This document shows positions 1-8,333 of a stretch of 32,000 nt of DNA, in pieces (the stretch's first letter is position 1; each line of letters opens with the position of its first letter). Location of the stretch: NCBI GenBank assembly GCA_000025185.1, contig CP001848.1, positions 1,200,001 to 1,232,000 of the forward strand, given 5' to 3'. Under the pieces are notes generated by a model. That model saw only the letters and a list, made by a program, of their open reading frames with translations. It was not told the DNA's origin and ran no database searches. This DNA is from Pirellula staleyi DSM 6068. Its GTDB lineage: Bacteria > Planctomycetota > Planctomycetia > Pirellulales > Pirellulaceae. Made by a program: the position numbers and the translations under genes.

Positions 1-508
1 CCCCTTTCCATGCGACCGGTGTTAGCGGCGCGAAGATCGTTTCGGGATCGCTGGCTAGCAGCACGCGAAACTCTTCCCCCGCGCGATCCCACTGCTCGAG
101 CTCCAGATGACCGCGCACCATATCGGCGGTGATCTCGCGAATCACAAAAGCGCGCGACTCATCGCGCCGCGCTTGCCGCAAGCGATCGATGGCCGACTCG
201 ATATTTCCCGCGCTCAGCTCCGCAAGCGCTTCGCGATGTAGCGCCGAGCGCGTGAAGCTGATGCTACGAACACGCGCGGCAGGAAACTCTTCGACACTTC
301 CCGTGGGAACTTGCAGCTTTAGCAAACGCCCCGTGTAGTCGACGATTCGGCCGGTGCGTGTCGTCAGCAGATCGCTCGATGTCGACGCCGTCATCGTTAC
401 ACGGTCGAGTTCATCGGACGATGTGGGGACCTCTTGCGCCACGCACTGCGCTGCGGCGACGACAACGCACAGCACCCCTAATAACAGCGTTTTCCCAGTG
501 TTTTTCAC
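1..508 (-). CDS. secreted protein with helical-repeat (TPR-like) region; 3' end lies outside the window
   Basis: Absent from the ORF track because it runs off the window edge. Hand translation from GTG at 508 gives VKNTGKTLLLGVLCVVVAAAQCVAQEVPTSSDELDRV...LAELSAGNIESAIDRLRQARRDE...WDRAGEEFRVLLASDPE with no stop down to position 2. The N-terminus looks like a signal peptide. It starts 55 nt downstream of the VWA gene on the same strand. Confidence 0.55.
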   Translation of the reverse strand, partial: MKNTGKTLLLGVLCVVVAAAQCVAQEVPTSSDELDRVTMTASTSSDLLTTRTGRIVDYTGRLLKLQVPTGSVEEFPAARVRSISFTRSALHREALAELSAGNIESAIDRLRQARRDESRAFVIREITADMVRGHLELEQWDRAGEEFRVLLASDPETIFAPLTPVAWKG

Positions 509-563
509 GTCTACGGAAACTTTCGTCGCAGTCGTTCTTGCTATAGCAAGCAACTTCACATCC

Positions 564-1580
564 CTACCGCGCGGGGAGACTTGTCACGTCGATGTACCGA
601 TGTTCGCCACCATTTTCTTTCGCGATCTGCTGCAGAAAATTCCACCGCGATGCCTTGGGACCTGCGCCGAACTCGATCGCGTGGATGGTGGTTCCGCGAT
701 TCATCCGATGAATCGATTCGAGCTCTTCAGGCCGGAGCGCGGGCTCGTCGGCATCGGTCAAAAAGAAGATCACGTCGGGGTCGAGCTTCAGCGCCATCTT
801 CAGCGGCACCAGATGCTCAGTTCCTCCCGACGCCACAATGCCACGCACAAACCGCTGGGCCAACTCTTTGTCGCGCTCGTTGCCGAAGAACAACTGCAGG
901 CTTTGCCCACGAAATGGATTCATCACCTCGGGGCGTTCGTTGTAGAAGATGATCTGGAATTGATGCACGTTGCCCAGATGCGAGATGCTTTCGATCAGCT
1001 GCTCTTTCGCGGCGGCGATGGGACGACCACCATAGCCTTCCATACTGCCGCTACGATCAAACACATAAACGAAACGGCTCCCTTTTCCGGTGATCCCAAA
1101 CACCTGGGTCTCGGCCTCGCTACCGTTGCCAACACCGGGCCGCGTCCCTTTTCCACCACCACCACGGACCGCTTCCGAGGCACCAGGAATCGCCATCGCC
1201 TCGAGCGCCGCGCCACTGGCCTGCTCTCCTGTCGGAAGCTGGGGACCTGGCAAATCGCTCGGTAAAATTTCGGGAAGTGCCGCAGCAGCGGCTGAAGCAT
1301 CGGCGCTGCTCAGCGACGTGTCGGGCGATAGTGGCCCTGCCGCTGCTTCTTCGGAAAAGTATTCGGTTTTGCCAGCGGTTTGTTTCACAATCACGATGCC
1401 GCCATCGCGCAGTGGAATCCCTAGACTCGCCGATCGACGCGGAGCATCTTGCACCACCACAGCCAAAGTGGTGATGACGGTGAAATGCAACCCAAGCGAG
1501 AGGAGCCACGCTGGGATGCCGCGCGATTTGGTCGCAAGTGGCTCGAGCGGCGCTGGCCTCTCGATTTCGCTCGATCTCAT
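564..1580 (-). CDS. membrane-anchored von Willebrand factor type A (VWA) domain protein
   Basis: ORF 564..1688. It has an intact MIDAS motif DRSGSM (DxSxS) in FVYVFDRSGSMEGYGGRPIAAAKEQL, followed by IIFYNE, GGTEH and IFFLTDADEP, which are typical of the VWA fold. There is one N-terminal TM helix (IPAWLLSLGLHFTVITTLAVVV) and a low-complexity Ala/Ser/Gly linker. The start is ambiguous: ATG 1580 is given here, and GTG 1595 or TTG 1688 are also in frame. Confidence 0.8.
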   Translation of the reverse strand: MRSSEIERPAPLEPLATKSRGIPAWLLSLGLHFTVITTLAVVVQDAPRRSASLGIPLRDGGIVIVKQTAGKTEYFSEEAAAGPLSPDTSLSSADASAAAAALPEILPSDLPGPQLPTGEQASGAALEAMAIPGASEAVRGGGGKGTRPGVGNGSEAETQVFGITGKGSRFVYVFDRSGSMEGYGGRPIAAAKEQLIESISHLGNVHQFQIIFYNERPEVMNPFRGQSLQLFFGNERDKELAQRFVRGIVASGGTEHLVPLKMALKLDPDVIFFLTDADEPALRPEELESIHRMNRGTTIHAIEFGAGPKASRWNFLQQIAKENGGEHRYIDVTSLPAR

Positions 1581-1793
1581 TGGCGGATGCGACACAGAAG
1601 TGGATCCTGCCTCAAGCGAGCGCGAAGGATGTGAAGAAACCCACTCGCGCGCGATGTATCGACAAAACTCGCACGCAGGCGTGGCCAAACAGACTCGGCC
1701 CGCGCGAATTCTAGGGAGATTAGCCGCTCGGGGTCAATCCGAACGTCGAGGCAACTGCTAGCGTCGCCTCGCCGCTGCGACTCACCCGCCCAA

Positions 1794-3362
1794 CTACTGC
1801 CGAGCCGACTTCCAGCCCGAATCGTCCCAAATCTCTTCGTTTTGCACCACCGGTGCGGCCACCGCGTGGGTCGGAGCCGACAGCGAAACCTCGCTCGCGT
1901 GGGCGGGAATTTCGTAGCTCATCTTCCGCTGCATGCTCGCCGCGCGATGTTCCGAGGGTCGGCCATACACAGCAGGCACAACCTGCCAGCGGGGATCACG
2001 CAAAGCTGTTTGATCGCGTGGATCGAGCAGCTGCGGGGCACCGGTGGCGGGCTTCGCAGGGGCATCGGGGTCGGGAACCAAGCGGAGCGAGGGACGAGCC
2101 TCGGTCTTGGGGGAATTCCCATGCGCAGGTGCCAGCGACGGCCCGCTGGACGATTGCGAACGAATCGTGGCCTGACTGCGAGGGGACGAACTTCCAAACG
2201 ACGAAGGATAGCGCGTGCCGCTGCTGCTCGACGACTCCACTGGAGTCCCTTCGCTGCTGGGCTGCAAATAAGGATCGGCTACTGGGGGATAGTTCGTCCC
2301 TGTTCCCGGTGCAGGAAAGGTGCCACCCGGATTAAACGAGCTCGGAGGAGCAGGAACAGCCCCCGATGGCGCCGGGGAGGTGCCACGAAGTCCTCCCGAA
2401 TTGAGCGAAGGAGCATTATCGGCTGGCACAAACGTACTAGGTGCTGGGGCAAACGTGCTCGGAGTGCGCGTCGGAGGTGGTGGAACCGTTGGGCTACCAT
2501 AAATCGGGCTACGCGGGGTCGAAGGAATCGGGGCCGGATAGCTCGGCTGAGCCGGGATCACCGCACCTGGCTGCGTCGGAATCACCGTCGTCGGAGCTGG
2601 ATAATACGGCTGCTGACCACAGCCGGCCGGAGCACACGCATAAGTCTGCGGGGCACAGTAGCTCGTCGTGCAATTTCCACGATAACCGCAAGAGGTCGGC
2701 GCGGTATTGCACGATGGTTTCGGGCAAAACAGATTCGATAGCCACGGAAACAACCGGCAGCGCTGCTGCTGACATTGATACGACGTCGTCGGCTGCAAAC
2801 AGGTGGTCGGCTGCATACAACTGGTCCCTTGACCCGTTGGATTTTGGTACACCGTCACCGGTCGATACGTATAAACCGGCACCTGGGCATAAGTGCTTCG
2901 ATAATAAAACTGCGGTGGCGTGTAGTTAATGGGGGTCGCTTGACCATACAAATGCGAAGCCTCGGCACCGGAGGTACCAAAACCGGAAGTGCTGATTGCA
3001 TAACCATTCGTTTGAGGCCGATAAGCGGCAATCGGCTGTGGCGATGTATAAGTCACCGGCGCAGCGCCATAATTGCTTTGGCTCACTTGCTGATAGTTAT
3101 AAGCAGGCTGCGCTGCAACGACGGGACGATACGCTTGCACGGGAGCCGCATAATAAACCGGACGCCCATAAGCGGGGACTGCTACCACCGGCTGACCATA
3201 CGCATAACCGCCACCCGGATAGGCAACTACCGGTCGATAGACAACTTGGCCACCTGGCGCAGGTGCATAGCCGCGATAGCCGTTGGCCGAAGCCATTGGC
3301 ACAAACGCGGTCGACACGAGCAGCATCCACGTGGTGATCTTGCGAATCATTCTGGCAGTCAT
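1794..3362 (-). CDS. secreted low-complexity protein (Tyr/Pro/Ala/Val-rich N-half with YRPV-like repeats, central Cys-rich block, Pro/Ser-rich C-half)
   Basis: ORF 1794..3605. The most plausible start is ATG 3362 (MTARMIRKITTWMLLVSTAFVPMASANGY = signal peptide with ASA cleavage context). Repeated motifs include YRPVVAY, AYGRPVYY, AYRPVVAA, AAYRPQT and YTYRPVTVY. The Cys-rich segment is TSCMQPTTCLQPTTSYQCQQQRCRLF...CPKPSCNTAPTSCGYRGNCTTSYCAPQTYACAPAGCG. Opposite-strand ORFs are Arg-rich junk. Confidence 0.7.
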   Translation of the reverse strand: MTARMIRKITTWMLLVSTAFVPMASANGYRGYAPAPGGQVVYRPVVAYPGGGYAYGQPVVAVPAYGRPVYYAAPVQAYRPVVAAQPAYNYQQVSQSNYGAAPVTYTSPQPIAAYRPQTNGYAISTSGFGTSGAEASHLYGQATPINYTPPQFYYRSTYAQVPVYTYRPVTVYQNPTGQGTSCMQPTTCLQPTTSYQCQQQRCRLFPWLSNLFCPKPSCNTAPTSCGYRGNCTTSYCAPQTYACAPAGCGQQPYYPAPTTVIPTQPGAVIPAQPSYPAPIPSTPRSPIYGSPTVPPPPTRTPSTFAPAPSTFVPADNAPSLNSGGLRGTSPAPSGAVPAPPSSFNPGGTFPAPGTGTNYPPVADPYLQPSSEGTPVESSSSSGTRYPSSFGSSSPRSQATIRSQSSSGPSLAPAHGNSPKTEARPSLRLVPDPDAPAKPATGAPQLLDPRDQTALRDPRWQVVPAVYGRPSEHRAASMQRKMSYEIPAHASEVSLSAPTHAVAAPVVQNEEIWDDSGWKSARQ

Positions 3363-3535
3363 CGACACTCTCCCAAAGCGGCTAACGCTAGATTTTCGGC
3401 CTGCAATAAGCTCAAGCTCATCGCCGACCTTCCGCCCCGAGCGCGCTTCATGACGCAGTTCCGGGCTGTGCAAAGCTAGGTCACGGTTCTGAGGTGTGCC
3501 AAACCTGAACAGACTTCCCAAAGGGAGAACTTGGC

Positions 3536-3575
3536 AAATAAAAAAGGGGTGCTGGCCATGCAGCGGCCGCACCCC
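3536..3575 (-). terminator. rho-independent terminator downstream of the SGNH hydrolase gene
   Basis: On the minus strand: GGGGTGC-(16 nt loop)-GCACCCC followed by TTTTTTATTT. Plus-strand coordinates are 3569-3575 and 3546-3552 for the stem arms and 3536-3545 for the T-tract. It lies about 50 nt after the stop at 3628. Confidence 0.75.
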
Positions 3576-3627
3576 TCGCATAATCGCTACAACCCAACCT
3601 TCCACATCTCGCCAGCAGCTGCGGCGA

Positions 3628-4392
3628 CTATTTACCCGCTGCGACTGCTTGATCGAGCACAGGCATCAAGGTTTTGGTCCAAACGTCGTATCCCTCTTCA
3701 TTTAAATGGAGCAGATCCTTCTTGAAGTACTTGTTTTGAGGCATTCCATCTTCACCCAGCAGTGGCGAGGCGAGATCGACAAACGTTAAGAGCGGGTTGG
3801 CCTCGCACTGCTTGGCAATCAGTCCATTCGTTTCACGAGCCAGATCTTTATTCTTCCAGCGGCTCTCGCAAATCTTGACGGACAGGTACAAGATCTGACA
3901 ATCGGGACATTCCTGATGCACCACCTTCACAAAGCTCTCAAAATCCGCTGCAATTTGTGTTGGTGTTTTCTTTTGAGCCAAATCATTATCGCCAGCATAT
4001 AAAACCACTACTTTGGGTTTATAAGGGGTGACGATGCGCGGCGCATAACGCACCGAGTCGGCCAGCTGCGAACCACCGAATCCACGGTTGATCACTCCAT
4101 GCTCGGGGAACCACTTTTCGGTATTCCAGCCGACGATGCTGCTGCTGCCGACAAACACAATGCCACCCTGCTTGGGGGGCGATTTCAGGTCGGCGGCCTC
4201 GAACTTGGCAATCGCCGACTCCCATTTGTCGACCGCAGGGACCGGCTGCTTGGCCGGCGCGACAGCCTCGGCGGAAGCTGGCGCGGGCTTCGTAGTGGCT
4301 TGGTCGGCTAGGGCAAAGCTCGCCACCAAGGAACTGAAAACGAGCGTTAGGGATGCCGCAACGTGCGACAGTTTCAGCAGTTGTTGATTCAT
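3628..4392 (-). CDS. secreted SGNH/GDSL-family hydrolase (esterase/acylhydrolase)
   Basis: ORF 3628..4590. The likely start is ATG 4392 (MNQQLLKLSHVAASLTLVFSSLVASFALADQ signal peptide). SGNH blocks are present: IVFVGSSSIVGW (block I Ser), NRGFGGSQ (block II Gly), VLYAGDNDL (block III Asn) and DLLHLNEEGY (block V DxxH). Confidence 0.85.
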   Translation of the reverse strand: MNQQLLKLSHVAASLTLVFSSLVASFALADQATTKPAPASAEAVAPAKQPVPAVDKWESAIAKFEAADLKSPPKQGGIVFVGSSSIVGWNTEKWFPEHGVINRGFGGSQLADSVRYAPRIVTPYKPKVVVLYAGDNDLAQKKTPTQIAADFESFVKVVHQECPDCQILYLSVKICESRWKNKDLARETNGLIAKQCEANPLLTFVDLASPLLGEDGMPQNKYFKKDLLHLNEEGYDVWTKTLMPVLDQAVAAGK

Positions 4393-4764
4393 CACGTTCA
4401 CCTGAGAGGTCGAAAGAGCGTCTGGCATGCTGCCCGGCGCAGTGGCGCAGGGTATCTCGGGACCGAAGTTCGCCAGGGTATCGCTCGCCAGGAGCGAAAG
4501 CAAATCGCCCCACTTCACGGACGGGCCAAGCGAGTGTTTACCGCCCCACCATGCGGCAATCACCACTCGCCGGCGATGCGACCACCTCACTACTGCCGGG
4601 GCAACTTCGAGTCGCTATACTCGGCGGCTTGTCGGGCGTGAGTCAGTCGCTCGAGCCCATCCTCGGTTCTCCCAGCCTGCCAGCGTACGACTGGCTGGCC
4701 AACTCGAGCGATGGCTGCAGACCCTCCTCTCCCAAATTGAAGTTATTAGAGCAAGGAACTTCCT

Positions 4765-5667
4765 TTGGATACCGCTGCTGTAAGTGCCGAGCCAGCTACC
4801 AAACGCAAACGGATTCGTGAACTGGAAGTGATGGTCGCCGAGACGATCACCGAAACGCCCGACACGACGACGCTGGTCTTCTTTACCGGCAACGATCGGC
4901 TCGAATATCTACCCGGGCACTTCATGACGATCGACCCGCATGAATTCCCCCAGCTCGAGCGTTTTACAGCGTTCCTCGAAGATCAAAAGGGAAAGAAAGA
5001 GCTGCCACGAGCCTATTCGCTCACCAGCTGTCCGCACGAAAAGTACCTGGCGATCACCGTCAAAGAAGAGCGGTATGTCTCGGGACAAACCAAGTACCCA
5101 CCACTCCTCTCGCCACTCTTGGTCCGTCGCTTGCCGAAGGGAACGCGGCTGAAGATCACCGGCTTCACGGGGCCTTATGTTCTCTCCCCCGATGTGGAGT
5201 CCAAAACCGACCATCTGGTGCATGTCTGTGCCGGTTCGGGCATTGTTCCGAATTACAGTATTATCAAGCATTGCCTGGTCGAGCATCCTAAGCTCCGGCA
5301 TACGCTGATTTATAGTAATAAGACTTGGGATGATGTGATCTTTGGACGTCAGCTGACTGAGCTTGCCAAGAAGCATCCCGATCAGCTGAAGATCGTCCAC
5401 ACACTGACCCGCGAGTCGGCGCCGGTGGATGCCGGACCTAGCGTGGTGCGTCACGGTCGCATCAGCGAAGCGCTCCTCAGGGAGTTTGTCCCCGACCCAT
5501 CGGCGGTGCAGGTCTACTGCTGCGGTCCCGGCATTAGCAAATTCGAGCGAGATGCCGCCAAAGCGCGTGGCGAGCAGGCCCCTCCCCGGTTTCTCGAAGC
5601 ATCGCTGGCCGCTTTGGCCGCGATTGGGGTCGATAACAAGCAGATTCACCGCGAAAGTTACGGGTAA
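4765..5667 (+). CDS. ferredoxin-NADP reductase-like oxidoreductase (FAD-binding FR-type plus NAD(P)-binding domains)
   Basis: RAYSLTS (RxYS FAD motif), HVCAGSGIVPNYSII (GxGxxP nucleotide-binding motif) and VYCCGP near the C-terminus. TTG start at 4765 with AAGGAA 8-13 nt upstream. About 300 aa with no Fe-S domain. Confidence 0.8.
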   Translation: MDTAAVSAEPATKRKRIRELEVMVAETITETPDTTTLVFFTGNDRLEYLPGHFMTIDPHEFPQLERFTAFLEDQKGKKELPRAYSLTSCPHEKYLAITVKEERYVSGQTKYPPLLSPLLVRRLPKGTRLKITGFTGPYVLSPDVESKTDHLVHVCAGSGIVPNYSIIKHCLVEHPKLRHTLIYSNKTWDDVIFGRQLTELAKKHPDQLKIVHTLTRESAPVDAGPSVVRHGRISEALLREFVPDPSAVQVYCCGPGISKFERDAAKARGEQAPPRFLEASLAALAAIGVDNKQIHRESYG

Positions 5668-5849
5668 TCCGCCCCCGATCCCCAGCCTGGGCGAGCGAAC
5701 TTTAACGCTTGCCCACCTTGAACAAACGGCTGCGAAACGCGATTCTGGAGCCCTTCGGCGCCGCGCGGCGAATGTCTATGCGCGGCTGTTTTGAATCGTG
5801 CGCGCAGTCGCTTGCTGCTCTACTTCGGGAAATAGTCAGGGAATCAGTC

Positions 5850-6941
5850 ATGGAAGCGGGTATCGTCGGCCTACCGAATGTCGGCAAGAGCACACTTTTC
5901 AACGCCATCACCAGCAGCGGCGCAGCCCAAGCTGCCAACTATCCGTTCTGCACGATCGAGCCCAACGAAGGGATCGTCAGCGTTCCGGACGATCGTCTGC
6001 GCCGCATTTCGGCCTTGATCGTCCCCAAGAAGCTGGTTCCAGCCGTTCTGAAATTGGTCGACATCGCTGGCATCGTGAAAGGTGCGAGCGAAGGGGAAGG
6101 ACTGGGGAACAAGTTCCTCAGCCACATCCGTCAGGTCGACGCCATTCTGCAGGTGGTCCGCTGTTTTGAAGATCCCGACGTCATTCACGTTTCGGGTAAG
6201 GTCGATCCCCTGTCGGATATCGATACGATCGAAACCGAGCTGATGCTCGCCGATCTCGAAGCGCTCGAAACCTCGCTCCAAAAAGCCAACCGCACCGCTA
6301 AAAGTGGCGACAAAGAAGCCAAGCTGCGTGCCGCCGCGATCGAAAAGTGCCTGGCCCATCTGTCAGCGGAACTTCCTCTGCGAAAACTTGTTCTCGACGA
6401 TGCGGAAGCCAAAGCAATCGCCAGTTTTGGACTGCTCACGGCCAAGCCGATTCTGTTTGTCGCCAACGTCGACGAAACTGATCTCGAGGGGAAAGGCCCG
6501 CTCGTGATGAAGGTGCGCGAGCATGCCGCGAAGATCGGCGCGTCGGTGGTTCCCGTTTGTGCGAAGCTCGAAGCCGAGATTGCCGAACTGGAAGAGAGCG
6601 AACGAGGCGAAATGCTCGCGAGCGTGGGCCTCGCTCAACCTGCCCTCACTGTGCTGGCGCAAGAGGCCTATCGTACGCTGGGTCTGCAAAGCTATTTCAC
6701 CGCTGGTGAAAAAGAAGTTCGCGCTTGGACCGTTCCTGTCGGCGCTACGGCTCCACAAGCTGCCGGTGTGATTCATACCGACTTCGAAAAAGGCTTTATT
6801 CGCGCCGAAGTTTATACACTCGCTGATCTCGAAACTTATAAGAGTGAAAAAGAGATCCGCGCTGCTGGCAAACTGCGTGTCGAAGGAAAGTCCTACATCA
6901 TGCAAGATGGCGACATCTGTCACTTCTTGTTCAATACCTAG
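5850..6941 (+). CDS. ychF: redox-regulated ATPase YchF (Obg-family P-loop NTPase)
   Basis: [21 protein letters not shown] (G1 P-loop), [30 protein letters not shown] and a C-terminal TGS-like [11 protein letters not shown]...[17 protein letters not shown]. From ATG 5850 it is 363 aa, the canonical YchF length. The track's upstream extension to 5709 is implausible. Confidence 0.95.
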   Translation: MEAGIVGLPNVGKSTLFNAITSSGAAQAANYPFCTIEPNEGIVSVPDDRLRRISALIVPKKLVPAVLKLVDIAGIVKGASEGEGLGNKFLSHIRQVDAILQVVRCFEDPDVIHVSGKVDPLSDIDTIETELMLADLEALETSLQKANRTAKSGDKEAKLRAAAIEKCLAHLSAELPLRKLVLDDAEAKAIASFGLLTAKPILFVANVDETDLEGKGPLVMKVREHAAKIGASVVPVCAKLEAEIAELEESERGEMLASVGLAQPALTVLAQEAYRTLGLQSYFTAGEKEVRAWTVPVGATAPQAAGVIHTDFEKGFIRAEVYTLADLETYKSEKEIRAAGKLRVEGKSYIMQDGDICHFLFNT

Positions 6942-6984
6942 GTGGTTAAGCGATCGAGCGACGGCCACTCGGTTCCGACAAACT

Positions 6985-7007
6985 CACTGCTGGGCAAGCC
7001 AGCAGTG
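6985..7007 (+). terminator. stem-loop downstream of ychF (possible terminator without a U-tract)
   Basis: A perfect 9-bp stem, CACTGCTGG-gcaag-CCAGCAGTG, 44 nt after the ychF stop. There is no following T-run, so its function is uncertain. Confidence 0.3.
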
Positions 7008-7245
7008 CCACCCAAACTTCGCCTGTTTGCGTTACGAACGTGCACCGGCGAAGCGATGGGAGCAGACCGCTTCAAGGAATTGCTAATGCGGGCAATTGCC
7101 TTGCATTAATGCGCAAGGCGAGACCGCATTGACCGCCATTTTCGCTTCTTCTTCAGCAAATGGTTGCGGCTCCACGGGATTGTGAATAACCTTCACCCTC
7201 ACTTCGGCGGTCTAGGCTTCCTTCCCTCGCTCTCTGCTCCCTCCC

Positions 7246-8238
7246 GTGTCGACTTCTCTCCGCTCTCCGTGGTGTCCGACAGGGCCGCGCATCGTCTTTG
7301 GATGCGCTCGGCTGTCGACGCACGGCTATTTCTTCCCCTCGCGCCGCGAGCAATCGCTGGCGTTTGCCACGCTCGATGCAGTTGCCGAAGCTGGTGGACG
7401 AACCTTGGAGACAGCAGCTTCTTACAGCTCCGGGGGAAGCGAGCGGATCATCGGCGCATGGATCGCCGCGCGACACCTGGAAGACTCCATCGAGGTGATA
7501 ACCAAGGGGGGCCATCCGAGCCTTTGGGGACAGCAGCGGCTGGATGCACGTTCGCTCGCTCGCGATTTCGAGGCCTCGCGCCGCAATCTCCGGCGCGACA
7601 GCTTGCCCTTATATCTGCTGCATCGCGACGACCCGGCTCAGACTGTGGCAGCGCTACTGGCCTACCCGGTGAAGCTCCTCCGCGAGAAGAAAATTTTGCA
7701 ACTGGGGCTCTCGAACTGGAGCACCGCGCGACTCGCAGCAGCACAAACATATTTGTCGAATGAAGTTGGCGTTTCGCTGGCGGCAAGCAGTCCCCACTTC
7801 AGCTTGGCAACCTGGCAGTCGCAGCCCTGGGGAGGCTGTGTTTCGATCGCCGGTAATTCCGAGGCGCGCGAGTTTCATACCGCCACGCAGCTGCCGGTGA
7901 TTGCCTGGTCGTCGGCGGCAGCTGGCTTTCTAGCGGGCAAGTTCTCGCGCCAGGATCGCCCTCAGCTGACGCGTAACTATTTCGAAAACGTAGCGCTGAA
8001 AACTTATGCCTCGAGCACCAATTTCGAGCGTCTCGCGCGGCTCGAGCAACTGGCGCGCAAGCTCGAAACCAGCAGTGGCACACTAGCGATCAGCTATGCA
8101 CTTTCGCAGCCGTTTCCTTGCTATCCGCTGGTGAGCACCCGCCATCCGGCTCACGTAGCTGCGCTCTACCAGGCCGAAAACTATCCACTCACCCCGCAGC
8201 AGATCGAATGGCTCGACAAAGGAGAGACGAGCCGCTGA
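7246..8238 (+). CDS. aldo/keto reductase family oxidoreductase
   Basis: LDAVAEAGGRTLETAASYSSGGSERIIG matches the AKR pattern (DTA..Y..G.SE..+G). Other typical AKR features are LYLLHRDD, LGLSNWS and PLVSTRHPAHV. GTG start at 7246 with no obvious SD, preceded by a CT-rich tract. Confidence 0.8.
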   Translation: MSTSLRSPWCPTGPRIVFGCARLSTHGYFFPSRREQSLAFATLDAVAEAGGRTLETAASYSSGGSERIIGAWIAARHLEDSIEVITKGGHPSLWGQQRLDARSLARDFEASRRNLRRDSLPLYLLHRDDPAQTVAALLAYPVKLLREKKILQLGLSNWSTARLAAAQTYLSNEVGVSLAASSPHFSLATWQSQPWGGCVSIAGNSEAREFHTATQLPVIAWSSAAAGFLAGKFSRQDRPQLTRNYFENVALKTYASSTNFERLARLEQLARKLETSSGTLAISYALSQPFPCYPLVSTRHPAHVAALYQAENYPLTPQQIEWLDKGETSR

Positions 8239-8333
8239 ACGATGTCATTCGAGCGCTGGCCGTGTCCACCGCGCGACGCACCTCCCCTGCACTGACTGAC
8301 ATAACGGCCGCATGGCCATGAGAAGTTGTTTCG

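Noticed and set aside
1842-2741. 299-aa Arg-rich plus-strand ORF opposite the Pro-rich gene (also 354-1265 and 1090-1761 opposite the VWA gene)
   Set aside because: Its extreme Arg/Gly/Trp content comes from reading Pro/Ala/Ser codons backwards. The minus-strand frames carry signal peptides and a MIDAS motif.
5709-5849. 47-codon N-terminal extension of ychF in the ORF track (similar extensions occur for 3628-4590, 1794-3605, 19772-21922, 18853-19737 and 30089-31366)
   Set aside because: Canonical N-termini or signal peptides begin at internal ATGs, and the extensions are compositionally non-protein-like.
7219-7245. Polypyrimidine (CT-rich) tract immediately upstream of the aldo/keto reductase GTG start
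   Set aside because: It is short, unique in the window and has no repeat unit. It may only reflect the lack of an SD or an uncertain start, and it does not support a feature call.
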